Below are positions 9,306 through 17,688 of a stretch of DNA of 39,774 nt, piece after piece (the stretch's first letter is position 1; each line of letters opens with the position of its first letter). The stretch spans positions 8,357 to 48,130 of the forward strand of contig CAVHTL010000001.1 in NCBI GenBank assembly GCA_963638955.1, read 5' to 3'. The stretch comes from a bacterium (GTDB taxonomy: Bacteria; Bacillota_I; Bacilli_A; RFN20; CAG-826). Under the pieces are notes generated by a model. That model ran no database searches. It saw only the letters and a program-made list of their open reading frames with translations, and had not been told where the DNA came from. Both the position numbers and the translations under genes were made by a program.

Positions 9306-10301
9306 ATGATTGACTTACACATCCATTTAGACGGATCGCTCTCTAGGGAAGAAGTGATCAAATTGGCTGAAATGTCAGGCCTAGACATCGAGGAAGCGAA
9401 AAGAGCTCCTTTAAGCATCGATTCTTCTTGCTCGACTCTTAACGAATATATCGAATGCTGCGTCTATCCTACGAAAGTGATGCAAACCAAAGAAACGCTA
9501 GAAGAAGCCGTCTATATGCTTTCATCTCGCTTAGCGAAAAGCGGGCTTATCTATTTTGAGATCCGCTTTGGCCCGCAACTCCACATCCATCGCGGATTGA
9601 GCCAAGATGAGGTTGTTGCCGCCTCCATAAAGGGCCTAGAGAAGGCAAAACGCGAATATGATTTCTCCGCTCAGCTCATTCTTTGCGCGATTCGGGGCGA
9701 TCAGAACGAAAAAGATAATTTCGAGACTATAGAAGTCGCGAAGAAGTACTACAAAAAAGGCGTCTGCGGAGTCGATTTGGCGGGCGCTGAAGCGATTTAT
9801 CGAACGGGGATTTTCGCTCCTGTCTTCCTCAAAGCGAAAGAATACGGCCTTCCCATCACGATTCACGCTGGAGAGGTAGGCGGTCCAGAGTCGGTATATG
9901 AGGCCATCAAAATGGGAGCAACGAGAATCGGGCACGGCGTACGGGCCGTCTTCGACAAAGGGTTATTGGATTACTGCTCTAGCCGTGATATTGCTTTCGA
10001 GCTTTGCCCGACTAGCGAAGTCGATACGCATGCGATTGCTTCTTATCTCTCTTTGCCGATTAATGAATTTTTGTCTAGAGGCATAAAGGTCAATATCAAT
10101 ACGGATGATATGACTATCTCGAGAATCACTCTTGACAAAGAATTCGAAAAACTTCAAAAAACCTTTCATTTCCCGCCTGAAATTATCGAAAAATTATTCA
10201 TGAACGCGGTCGATATGGCCTTTTTAGACGAAGAAAGCAAGGCGCTTTTGCGAGGAAAAATCAAAAAAGGTTTAAATAGCGACTCGTTTATCAAAATGTA
10301 G
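9306..10301 (+). CDS. add: Adenosine deaminase
   Basis: Start moved to ATG 9306 (MIDLHIHLDGS); the TTG 9270 in the ORF track lies inside the promoter. Motifs HxHLDG, ITIHAGE, VNINTDD. Confidence 0.88.
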   Translation: MIDLHIHLDGSLSREEVIKLAEMSGLDIEEAKRAPLSIDSSCSTLNEYIECCVYPTKVMQTKETLEEAVYMLSSRLAKSGLIYFEIRFGPQLHIHRGLSQDEVVAASIKGLEKAKREYDFSAQLILCAIRGDQNEKDNFETIEVAKKYYKKGVCGVDLAGAEAIYRTGIFAPVFLKAKEYGLPITIHAGEVGGPESVYEAIKMGATRIGHGVRAVFDKGLLDYCSSRDIAFELCPTSEVDTHAIASYLSLPINEFLSRGIKVNINTDDMTISRITLDKEFEKLQKTFHFPPEIIEKLFMNAVDMAFLDEESKALLRGKIKKGLNSDSFIKM

Positions 10302-10327
10302 CCTTTAGAAAAAACAGGAGATTATTT

Positions 10328-10840
10328 ATGGTCAAAATGACGGTTAAAGATTTCGGCACTATCACGCTTGAAATGGATTATGGTGCGGCCAAGAACACCG
10401 CTGCGAATTTCGTTGAGCTCGCCAGAAGCGGTTTTTACGACGGTTTAATTTTCCACCGCATCATCAAAGGCTTCATGATCCAAGGTGGCGGATATTACGA
10501 AGATGGCAAAGAGAAAGACCTGGATTATTCAATTCATGGGGATTTTGCAAGCAACGGCACTGAAAACAATCTAAAACATACGCGCGGAGTCATCTCGATG
10601 GCTCGCACGATGATAAATGACAGTGCATCAAGCCAGTTCTTCATCATGCATAAAGACGCTCCGCATCTTGACGGGCAATACGCCACTTTTGGCAAAGTGA
10701 TCGACGGTATGGACGTGGTGGATGCGATTGCGAAAGTGAGGGTGGAGCACCGTTATTCTTCTCCTTATTCCCCGGTTATCATAAGCAAAGTCGAAGTTAT
10801 CGACGAACCCAGTTACGAAGTAGAGAAAATCAAAGCGTAA
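10328..10840 (+). CDS. ppiB: Peptidyl-prolyl cis-trans isomerase, cyclophilin type
   Basis: SD AGGAGA. Motifs FHRIIKGFMIQGGG, GVISMAR......SQFFI and FGKVIDGMDVVD. Confidence 0.9.
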   Translation: MVKMTVKDFGTITLEMDYGAAKNTAANFVELARSGFYDGLIFHRIIKGFMIQGGGYYEDGKEKDLDYSIHGDFASNGTENNLKHTRGVISMARTMINDSASSQFFIMHKDAPHLDGQYATFGKVIDGMDVVDAIAKVRVEHRYSSPYSPVIISKVEVIDEPSYEVEKIKA

Positions 10841-10885
10841 ATCGTTTCGCTACTGCTCTTCGCGCGCGAGGCATATAATACACGC

Positions 10886-11545
10886 GTGAAAAAAGCCCTG
10901 ATTTTTGATTTGGATGGCACGTTGTTAGACACCATCACTGACATTCGCCGAGCAATCAATGACGCCTTGAAAGCTTGCAGCTTCTCCTTTTCATATTCCA
11001 AGCAAGAATGCCATTCGTTGGTGGGTGATGGGGCCGACACTCTCGTTCATCGTGCTTTAGGCGAATACGATAATGAAACCAATTTTGCGCGACTTAAAAG
11101 CGAATATATGCCGCGTTACCGCGAATATCAAGGGACTCATACGAAGGCCTTCAACGGCATTGTTCCAACGCTTAAATATTTGAAAGACAAAGGGATCATC
11201 TTGGGCGTGTGCACCAATAAGCCGGATGAGTTAGCCCATATCATCCTCTCTAATTTCTTCCCGCCTTCCTTTTTTGACGCGATATACGGGGTGAAAGAAG
11301 GCGAGGCTCCTAAGCCAGACCCTCATAATGTGCTGAAAATCATGACCAGGTTTTCTCTCGATCCATCGTCTACCGTTTTCGTGGGCGATTCCTTGCCTGA
11401 TTTATTGACGGCCAACAACGCATCTTTACCTCTCGCTCTTTGTTTGTGGGGATATGGGAATTACAAACCTGCTTTCCTCAAAGAAGCGCGTTACATTATC
11501 GAAAAACCAAAGGACTTGGCTAAATTCGCCACCGAATATGAATAG
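10886..11545 (+). CDS. HAD-superfamily hydrolase (phosphoglycolate phosphatase-like)
   Basis: GTG start. Motif I is IFDLDGTLLDT; also CTNKP and VGDSLPDL. Confidence 0.8.
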   Translation: MKKALIFDLDGTLLDTITDIRRAINDALKACSFSFSYSKQECHSLVGDGADTLVHRALGEYDNETNFARLKSEYMPRYREYQGTHTKAFNGIVPTLKYLKDKGIILGVCTNKPDELAHIILSNFFPPSFFDAIYGVKEGEAPKPDPHNVLKIMTRFSLDPSSTVFVGDSLPDLLTANNASLPLALCLWGYGNYKPAFLKEARYIIEKPKDLAKFATEYE

Positions 11546-12344
11546 AAAACTTTTCGTTTTTGACGTCGATTCGACTTTGCTGCCAAGCGGAGAGGTCTCT
11601 ATCCCTTATAGCGCCATCGCCTCAATCAATAAGCTGCTTGCCTTAGGCCATGTTGTGGCCATTGATTCAGGGAGGCCGTATGGCGGGATAAAGCCATTTC
11701 TTGACGCATTCGACCCTGGGGAAAAATACGCGATAGCCGCGAATGGCGGGGCGGTATATACCTACGAAGGGAAAGTCATATCCATGAAGACCTTGCCCAT
11801 TTCCGCCTTGTTTTATTTCAAAAACCGCTTTTTGAATAAAGGACGTGATGTTTATGCCTACGCCTTGGATAATTCCCTATATCTTTTCGGCCCAGAAGTC
11901 AGCGAATGGGCGAATTGGGAAATTAAGGAAAACGGCATGCCTTCTTACGTCGATCTAAGCAAAACGACCCTCAACGAGGAAACGAAGATCCTGAAGGTGA
12001 TGGTATGCGGTCCCAAAGAATGGATACCCCTCGTCCCTTTTAATGAGGGCGAAAGACAAAAATACAAAATCATCATCACGGGCGATGAATATCTTGAGAT
12101 TTTGCCGAAAGAAGTAAACAAAGCCGAACCGATTTATCCTTTGGCTGAATCTCTTGGCATAAAGAAAGAGGACATTTACTGTTTTGGCGATGGGGCCAAC
12201 GACATCGAAATGCTTTCAGAGTTCATCGGGATTGCAATGGGCGAAGCCACTACAGAAGCCAAAAAGGCCGCCAAATTCATCACGAAAGCTTCATACGATG
12301 ACGGCATTCAATACGCATTAGAGGAAATTCTTAAACTCATTTGA
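11538..12344 (+). CDS. Cof-type HAD-IIB phosphatase
   Basis: Start moved to ATG 11538, overlapping the upstream stop by 8 nt. Protein MNRKLFVFDVDSTLL... with C-terminal FGDGANDIEM. Confidence 0.8.
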   Translation: MNRKLFVFDVDSTLLPSGEVSIPYSAIASINKLLALGHVVAIDSGRPYGGIKPFLDAFDPGEKYAIAANGGAVYTYEGKVISMKTLPISALFYFKNRFLNKGRDVYAYALDNSLYLFGPEVSEWANWEIKENGMPSYVDLSKTTLNEETKILKVMVCGPKEWIPLVPFNEGERQKYKIIITGDEYLEILPKEVNKAEPIYPLAESLGIKKEDIYCFGDGANDIEMLSEFIGIAMGEATTEAKKAAKFITKASYDDGIQYALEEILKLI

Positions 12345-12365
12345 GAGAATAAGCGGGGATTAATT

Positions 12366-13712
12366 ATGAAAGAAGTAAAATTGTTTAATTCGTTGGGAAA
12401 CAAGGTCGAGACCTTCATTCCTCTTAAGGAAGGGGAAGTCAGCATGTATTTCTGCGGGCCGACCGTCTATAACGATCCGCACGTGGGGAATTTTCGCCCC
12501 GTCATCGTCGGAGATGTTTTAAGAAGGCTCTTTTTATCTTTGGGCTACAAAGTCACCTTCGTCAGCAATTACACCGACGTCGATGACAAAATCATCCTGC
12601 GGGCGAAAGAACTGGGCATCAGCGAGCAAACGCTGACGGAAGGGGTAATCAAGGAATATCGCCGTTTGGTGGACGAGGTCGGATCGCTTCAACCCGACAT
12701 CACCCCAAAGCCGACCGTCTATATGGATAAAATCATTTCCTATGTCGATGACTTGGTGAAAAAAGGCGCGGCCTATGCAAAAGACGGAGACGTCTATCTT
12801 CGCGTCAAAGATATCGAAGGATATGGCGAATTAAGCGGTAATAACATCGATGATCTCGAAAGTGGGGCACGAATCGACGTCAATGACAAAAAAGAAGATC
12901 CGCTCGACTTCGCTCTTTGGAAAAAGACCGACGTCGGCATCAAATGGAACTCGCCTTGGGGCGAAGGAAGGCCTGGCTGGCACACTGAGTGCTGCGTGAT
13001 GATCAATTCCATCTTCGGCGCCCAAAACGGCTACATCGATATCCATGGTGGCGGCTTCGATCTGAAATTCCCACATCACGAGAACGAAATCGCTCAAGCC
13101 AAAGCGCATAATGACAACAAATTGGCCCGTTACTGGATTCACAACGGTTTCATCAACATGAACAACGAGAAGATGAGCAAATCGCTTGGCAATGTCATTC
13201 TGATGAAAGATGTCGTGAGCCAATATGGTGGCATTCCGTTCCGTCTCATGATATTGGCGGCCCATTATAGGGCGCCAGCCTCTTTTAGCGAGGACACGAT
13301 GAAAGAAGCCACGAAGAAATACAATCAACTGCAGGCTTCTTTGAAACGCGCCGCCATCAATCTGCAATTAGCCAAAAAAGACCTTTCGAGGCTAACGCCG
13401 CTCACCGACACAAAGGTTATCGACGCCTTGTGCGACGATTTGAATACTCCTAACGCCTTGAGCGCGCTTTACGAGGAGAACAAAGCACTCAACCTCGCTC
13501 TTTCGAATAAGGAAGCAAGCGTTGATGAGCTATATAAGCATTTCCTCCTCCTTTATAGTGATTTGGGCGTTTTGGGCATACCGAATGCTTATCCTCTATT
13601 GAGTGAAGAAGACGTAAATGATTATCGCGAATACGAGGAGGCGAAGAAGATGAAAGACTTCGCCAAATCGGACGAAATTCGCTCAAGGCTCATCAAGAGA
13701 AACGTCTTTTAG
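12366..13712 (+). CDS. cysS: Cysteine--tRNA ligase
   Basis: Class I signatures CGPTVYNDPHVGN (HIGH-like) and KMSKSLGN. Also the WHTEC zinc ligand region. Confidence 0.95.
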   Translation: MKEVKLFNSLGNKVETFIPLKEGEVSMYFCGPTVYNDPHVGNFRPVIVGDVLRRLFLSLGYKVTFVSNYTDVDDKIILRAKELGISEQTLTEGVIKEYRRLVDEVGSLQPDITPKPTVYMDKIISYVDDLVKKGAAYAKDGDVYLRVKDIEGYGELSGNNIDDLESGARIDVNDKKEDPLDFALWKKTDVGIKWNSPWGEGRPGWHTECCVMINSIFGAQNGYIDIHGGGFDLKFPHHENEIAQAKAHNDNKLARYWIHNGFINMNNEKMSKSLGNVILMKDVVSQYGGIPFRLMILAAHYRAPASFSEDTMKEATKKYNQLQASLKRAAINLQLAKKDLSRLTPLTDTKVIDALCDDLNTPNALSALYEENKALNLALSNKEASVDELYKHFLLLYSDLGVLGIPNAYPLLSEEDVNDYREYEEAKKMKDFAKSDEIRSRLIKRNVF

Positions 13713-13849
13713 CGTTTACTTTGATTTGTCCATTGACAGGAAAAGACTCTATTATCTAGTTGACGCGCGCTTAATGACGGTCTTAGCAAACTCTTTCTAA
13801 AACATGAGGCAGCTTCCATTCAACCACAAGCCAAGAAAAGGAGAAAACG

Positions 13850-14569
13850 ATGAGTACCATAATTTACGGCAAGAACGCCATTTCGGCTTCCTTGTCAAAC
13901 CATAGGGTCACGACATTATTCGTCAGCACCCGATTAAAAGGAGATCGTTTCACTCTTTCGTTGCCTATCTCTGGGACGCCGGTCAAATATGTGACTGATG
14001 GCGAATTGACGCGTCTAGCCAAGACCGACCGCCACCAGGGTTTTGTGGCCTACGTGAAAGATTACGAGACTATTTCCTTAGACGAGTTGATTGAAAAGGC
14101 AAAAACGAAAGAATACCCCCTTATCGTCATGCTTGATGGCATTGAGGACCCACATAACCTCGGTGCGATCCTTCGTTCCTGCGATGCGTTCGGAGTGAGC
14201 GGGATCATCATGAAAAGCCATGGCGAAGTTCCACTTAATGGGACGGTCGCCAAAGTATCGACCGGGGCTATCGACTTTGTGCCTGTTTCCGTCGTGAGCA
14301 ATCTGTCTCAGGCTATCGCAACCCTTAAAAGCAATGGCTTTTGGGTTGTCTCAAGCGATGGCGGAAGCTCAACCCTCTACGATTCCTTGGACTATCGCTG
14401 CCCGATTTGCTTAGTGGTCGGAAGCGAAGGCTTTGGTATCAGCCGCCTGGTTCTCAAAAACAGCGACTTTGTGGTGAAGATTCCTATGGTTGGACACGTG
14501 AATAGCCTCAATGCGAGCGTGGCGACATCCGTTTTCCTTTCGATGATCGATCATAAAAGACGCATCTAA
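13850..14569 (+). CDS. rlmB: 23S rRNA (guanosine-2'-O)-methyltransferase, SpoU/TrmH family
   Basis: Motifs DPHNLGAILRSCDAFG, LVVGSEGFGIS and SLNASVA. Position matches Bacillus yacO/rlmB, between cysS and sigH. Confidence 0.85.
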   Translation: MSTIIYGKNAISASLSNHRVTTLFVSTRLKGDRFTLSLPISGTPVKYVTDGELTRLAKTDRHQGFVAYVKDYETISLDELIEKAKTKEYPLIVMLDGIEDPHNLGAILRSCDAFGVSGIIMKSHGEVPLNGTVAKVSTGAIDFVPVSVVSNLSQAIATLKSNGFWVVSSDGGSSTLYDSLDYRCPICLVVGSEGFGISRLVLKNSDFVVKIPMVGHVNSLNASVATSVFLSMIDHKRRI

Positions 14570-14600
14570 TGGTTTCTTGCTCCCCAAAAAGGAGAACAAC

Positions 14601-15218
14601 ATGCCAAATTATGAACTGGCGACGGACGAAGAGCTGCTTTATGAAGGACGCTCTGGCAATGGGCTTGCCCAAAGGACGCTCGATATGCGTTACTTCAAGC
14701 GCAACGAATCATCCATTCGCAAAGTGGCCCCGGATTTGCTGCGTTATTATTCGTTGTGCGATTTAGCCGCGGTGGCTTTCCAATGCTATATGGATTGCTT
14801 GATCCATTATAGGTTTGGCCCGTCCCCGTTCCGCTCGTTTTACCACTTGTGTCTTACTCACGAGCTATCGAAAGTTCGGAAAGATCTTTACGACCCGCGA
14901 AAATGCGTGATGTCGATGGATGAAAGCACAAGGAATGGGACTGATTTGACTTATCATGACGTTTTGGCCACTGGCGATATCTATGACAGCCCTCAAAAAT
15001 ATGTAGATTATTTTGAGGAGATATATGCGCTGAATCTTGCCCCCAAATCAATCAACGGCGAGATGCTCGTTGTTGCCAGAATGAAATTGGACGGCGTTCC
15101 TTTCCAAGAGATTGCCAAGCGCCTTTCCTTGCCGATCAGAAAAGTCTATTACCGTTATCAAGTGTTTGAAAACGAGGTAAAAAAGCTCATCGACAGGGAG
15201 AAATTATCCCGAGCTTAA
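14601..15218 (+). CDS. Divergent SigH-like (group 3/4-like) RNA polymerase sigma factor
   Basis: ATG 14601 follows SD AAAGGAGA. It occupies the sigH slot (rlmB-X-rpmG-secE-nusG). The C-terminal region-4-like HTH is MKLDGVPFQEIAKRLSLPIRKVYYRYQVFENEVKKL. The region-2-like segment is only weakly recognisable. Confidence 0.65.
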   Translation: MPNYELATDEELLYEGRSGNGLAQRTLDMRYFKRNESSIRKVAPDLLRYYSLCDLAAVAFQCYMDCLIHYRFGPSPFRSFYHLCLTHELSKVRKDLYDPRKCVMSMDESTRNGTDLTYHDVLATGDIYDSPQKYVDYFEEIYALNLAPKSINGEMLVVARMKLDGVPFQEIAKRLSLPIRKVYYRYQVFENEVKKLIDREKLSRA

Positions 15219-15439
15219 AATCGTTTAAAATAACCAAGTTTTGCTTTAGATAGCTGCTTTTTGCAAGGATAATTTCAAATCGGTTTGAGTCAAATTGCAA
15301 GGATTTTGGAAGTGTCAGCATCTGTATCTGCTTCAGTAAAATCAACATTCCAAAACTTTGTTTCAGGAAAAGAAAACCATCTCCTTTTCGATAAAAGGAA
15401 ATCTCTACCACTTTCGTATAGGAAGAATTATTATTCTTC

Positions 15440-15467
15440 TTGCAAAGTCATCTTTGCTTGATAGAAT
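15440..15467 (+). promoter_or_regulatory. Sigma-A-type promoter for rpmG-secE-nusG
   Basis: TTGCAA (15440-15445), 16-nt spacer, TGaTAGAAT (hexamer 15462-15467). It lies 25 nt upstream of the rpmG ATG. Confidence 0.45.
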
Positions 15468-15491
15468 ATGCACACTGAGTTTTAGGAAGTT

Positions 15492-15641
15492 ATGGGAAAA
15501 GGAAAGGTTTTTTTGGTTTGCAGCGTTTGCCTAGCGCGTAACTACGCTTTGCCGAAAAGAGAGAATCGCACCGAACGCCTAGAGCTCAACAAATTCTGCC
15601 CCCATTGTGGAAAACACACCCTCCACAAAGAGAGCAAATAG
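15492..15641 (+). CDS. rpmG: 50S ribosomal protein L33 (CxxC...CxxC zinc form)
   Basis: Not in the ORF track (49 aa). Translation is [49 protein letters not shown], ending at TAG 15639-15641. Confidence 0.88.
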   Translation: MGKGKVFLVCSVCLARNYALPKRENRTERLELNKFCPHCGKHTLHKESK

Positions 15642-15655
15642 GAAAGGGAGGGAAT

Positions 15656-15847
15656 ATGACTCCAGCAAAGTACATCAAAGAAGTTGTCAAAGAAGGAAAA
15701 CGCGTCCGTTGGCCAAAGCGTGAGCAATTGTGGAAATCGGTCGTGGTCGTTATCTGCATTTCTTTATTCGTGGCGCTTTTCTTAGCGCTCGAGGATCTTA
15801 CGGCTGCGAGCATCATCTCTCAGCTTAAGAGCGCGTTTGGAGGATAA
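15656..15847 (+). CDS. secE: Preprotein translocase subunit SecE
   Basis: Start moved to ATG 15656, after GGGAGG. 63 aa: ...EVVKEGKRVRWPKREQLWKSVVVVICISLFVALFLAL, with a single TM helix. Position rpmG-secE-nusG. Confidence 0.85.
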   Translation: MTPAKYIKEVVKEGKRVRWPKREQLWKSVVVVICISLFVALFLALEDLTAASIISQLKSAFGG

Positions 15848-15852
15848 GAGCA

Positions 15853-16407
15853 ATGCCAGTACAGTTAGGCGAAAAGCAGTGGTATATCGTCACCACTTAT
15901 TCGATGCATGAATCAAAAACAGCAGAGAATCTAAAAAAGCGTATTGTGTCCATGAACATGCAAGATCAGATTTTGCGCGTTTTGGTCGCTGAGCAAGAGG
16001 TTCCGGTTTTAAAAGACGGTCTTCCTACTGGGAAGATGAAAACCATCAACCTTTATCCAGGCTATATCTTCGTTGAGATGATCATGACTGATCAATCTTG
16101 GTATATCGTCCGTAATACCCCAGGAGTTACCGGTATCGCCGGCTCTAGCGGAGGCGGACAAAAGCCAACCCCTGTAACGAGAGAGGAAATCGAGCCTGTT
16201 CTTAAGCGCATGGGCATGGTCGACAGCGCGATGTATGACCGCTACAACGTCGGTGATAGAGTCAAAGTCATCCATGGTCCGCTTGAAGGAACCGAGGGCA
16301 CGATCATCTCCATCGACAAGACCACCGGAGCTTGCCGCGTCGATACGGTCTTCTTCGGAAGAAGCACTCCAGTCGATGTTGACTTCTCTGAGATTGAAAA
16401 AATCTAA
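15853..16407 (+). CDS. nusG: Transcription termination/antitermination factor NusG
   Basis: N-terminal domain KQWYIVTTYSMHESK.....YPGYIFVEM. KOW domain GDRVKVIHGPLEGTEGTIISID. Confidence 0.95.
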   Translation: MPVQLGEKQWYIVTTYSMHESKTAENLKKRIVSMNMQDQILRVLVAEQEVPVLKDGLPTGKMKTINLYPGYIFVEMIMTDQSWYIVRNTPGVTGIAGSSGGGQKPTPVTREEIEPVLKRMGMVDSAMYDRYNVGDRVKVIHGPLEGTEGTIISIDKTTGACRVDTVFFGRSTPVDVDFSEIEKI

Positions 16408-16479
16408 CGGCGATAAAGAACGCTCTACAAGCCGAGGCTAAGGATAGAACTAGCCAAGATGATTCGGGCGTAAAAAACA

Positions 16480-16528
16480 AAACCATGCTCAACGAACTTG
16501 TTCGGTTGAAGAGCATGGTTTTTCTTTG
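16480..16528 (+). terminator. Rho-independent terminator after nusG
   Basis: AACCATGCTC (16481-16490) pairs with GAGCATGGTT (16511-16520), with inner GAAC/GTTC pairing, followed by TTTTTCTTT. Confidence 0.65.
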
Positions 16529-16822
16529 TAGATATGCTCTTTGTGGCTACGTGGCGCGATAGCGTCTATTGTCTTCCGGAGGCCTTTAGACATGATTTGC
16601 TGTCATGCCCAAATCACGCCTGTTGCCTCCTTGCCGCGTTCTAGAGGAAGTTTGAAATAAGTGACGGTTTATCGAATCGTTACCCTATATAGGCTTTCCT
16701 CGATTCTCGGCGTCTACCATTCTAGATAACCTGCTTGAGCAGGGTGAATGACCTCGGCCCTATATAACTTTCTTTGCTCCGCAGATATTTGGATGAGTTT
16801 CGTGTCGTTTTACAAATCGACA

Positions 16823-17590
16823 TCATGATTCACTGCTCTTCTTACGATGGCGCTCCCAAAAGCGAATAGCCTCATCAAACCATCCTTCGCATGAGGTCCC
16901 GCTTCCAAGTCCTACGCCGTGTCCAACGTCTGGATATGTACGCAATTGACAATCGATGCTTTTTTCCTGCAGCACCGCAATTAGCATCTCGCTGTTGCTT
17001 GGGCTCACAACTCGATCTGAGGAGCCGTACCAAACGAAAGTCGGCGGCGCATCATCGCGGATATGGGATTGAACTGAGGCGCGATCAATTTCTTTCTCGC
17101 TTGGCGTTTTTCCAAGCAACGCCTCCCGACTCCCCATATGCGTTTCATCCCCCATGGTGATCACCGGATAGCTGAGAATCACGGAAGCCGGAGCCGGGGA
17201 AAGACAAAAATCCGTTAAACCAACGCTTGCCGCCAAATGTCCGCCCGCAGAAGCTCCCCAAAGGGAATAACCTGTGGGATCAATTCCGTAAGCTTCTGCG
17301 TTTTCAAGAATTTCCCGCAACGCTTTGAACGCATCATCCATAGGGGCGGGATATCTTGCCTTTTTCCCACACCGGTAGTACAGCACGAACGCTGCGTAAC
17401 CGCGTTTGTTAAGTTCGCGCGCAATAGGCGCACCCTCAACATAACTACAAACCATATGGTATCCGCCACCGGGGATCACAAGCGCGAACGGATGCTTCTT
17501 TCCGTCACGAATCAGATACTTTTTCAGTCCGTATTTGTTTGGTCTCCAAAAATCGAAAGCAGCTTGGCAAATATCACGCAGTTTCATCAT
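16823..17590 (-). CDS. Alpha/beta hydrolase (esterase/lipase-type, HGGG-like class)
   Basis: 255 aa. Oxyanion-hole region VIPGGGYHM, nucleophile elbow GASAGGH, acid region SSDRVV, and His in PDVGHGVG. Confidence 0.8.
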   Translation of the reverse strand: MMKLRDICQAAFDFWRPNKYGLKKYLIRDGKKHPFALVIPGGGYHMVCSYVEGAPIARELNKRGYAAFVLYYRCGKKARYPAPMDDAFKALREILENAEAYGIDPTGYSLWGASAGGHLAASVGLTDFCLSPAPASVILSYPVITMGDETHMGSREALLGKTPSEKEIDRASVQSHIRDDAPPTFVWYGSSDRVVSPSNSEMLIAVLQEKSIDCQLRTYPDVGHGVGLGSGTSCEGWFDEAIRFWERHRKKSSES

Positions 17591-17605
17591 TGTTTTTCTA
17601 ATCTG

Positions 17606-17633
17606 ATTCTAATCTTCGTTCGGATTTTGTCAG
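17606..17633 (-). promoter_or_regulatory. Possible own promoter of the hydrolase gene
   Basis: Read on the - strand: CTGACA (17633-17628), 16-nt spacer, TAGAAT (17611-17606). It lies ~15 nt upstream of the ATG at 17590. Confidence 0.3.
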
Positions 17634-17688
17634 TATTCTTTTTAAATTCATAAAAAGCAACATCAGATTGAGGCTCCTAAAGATATAT

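Noticed and set aside
15187-15411. 74-aa - strand ORF in the sigma-rpmG spacer.
   Set aside because: It overlaps the 3' end of the sigma gene, has a low-complexity Leu/Phe/Lys-rich translation of AT-rich DNA, and has no SD.
16682-16769. Two copies of CCCTATATA(N1-2)CTTTC, 76 bp apart, in the non-coding stretch between the nusG terminator and the hydrolase gene. Considered as possible att or repeat scars of the island.
   Set aside because: Only ~15 matching positions, no counterpart at the other island border (21.2-21.5 kb), and no integrase gene.
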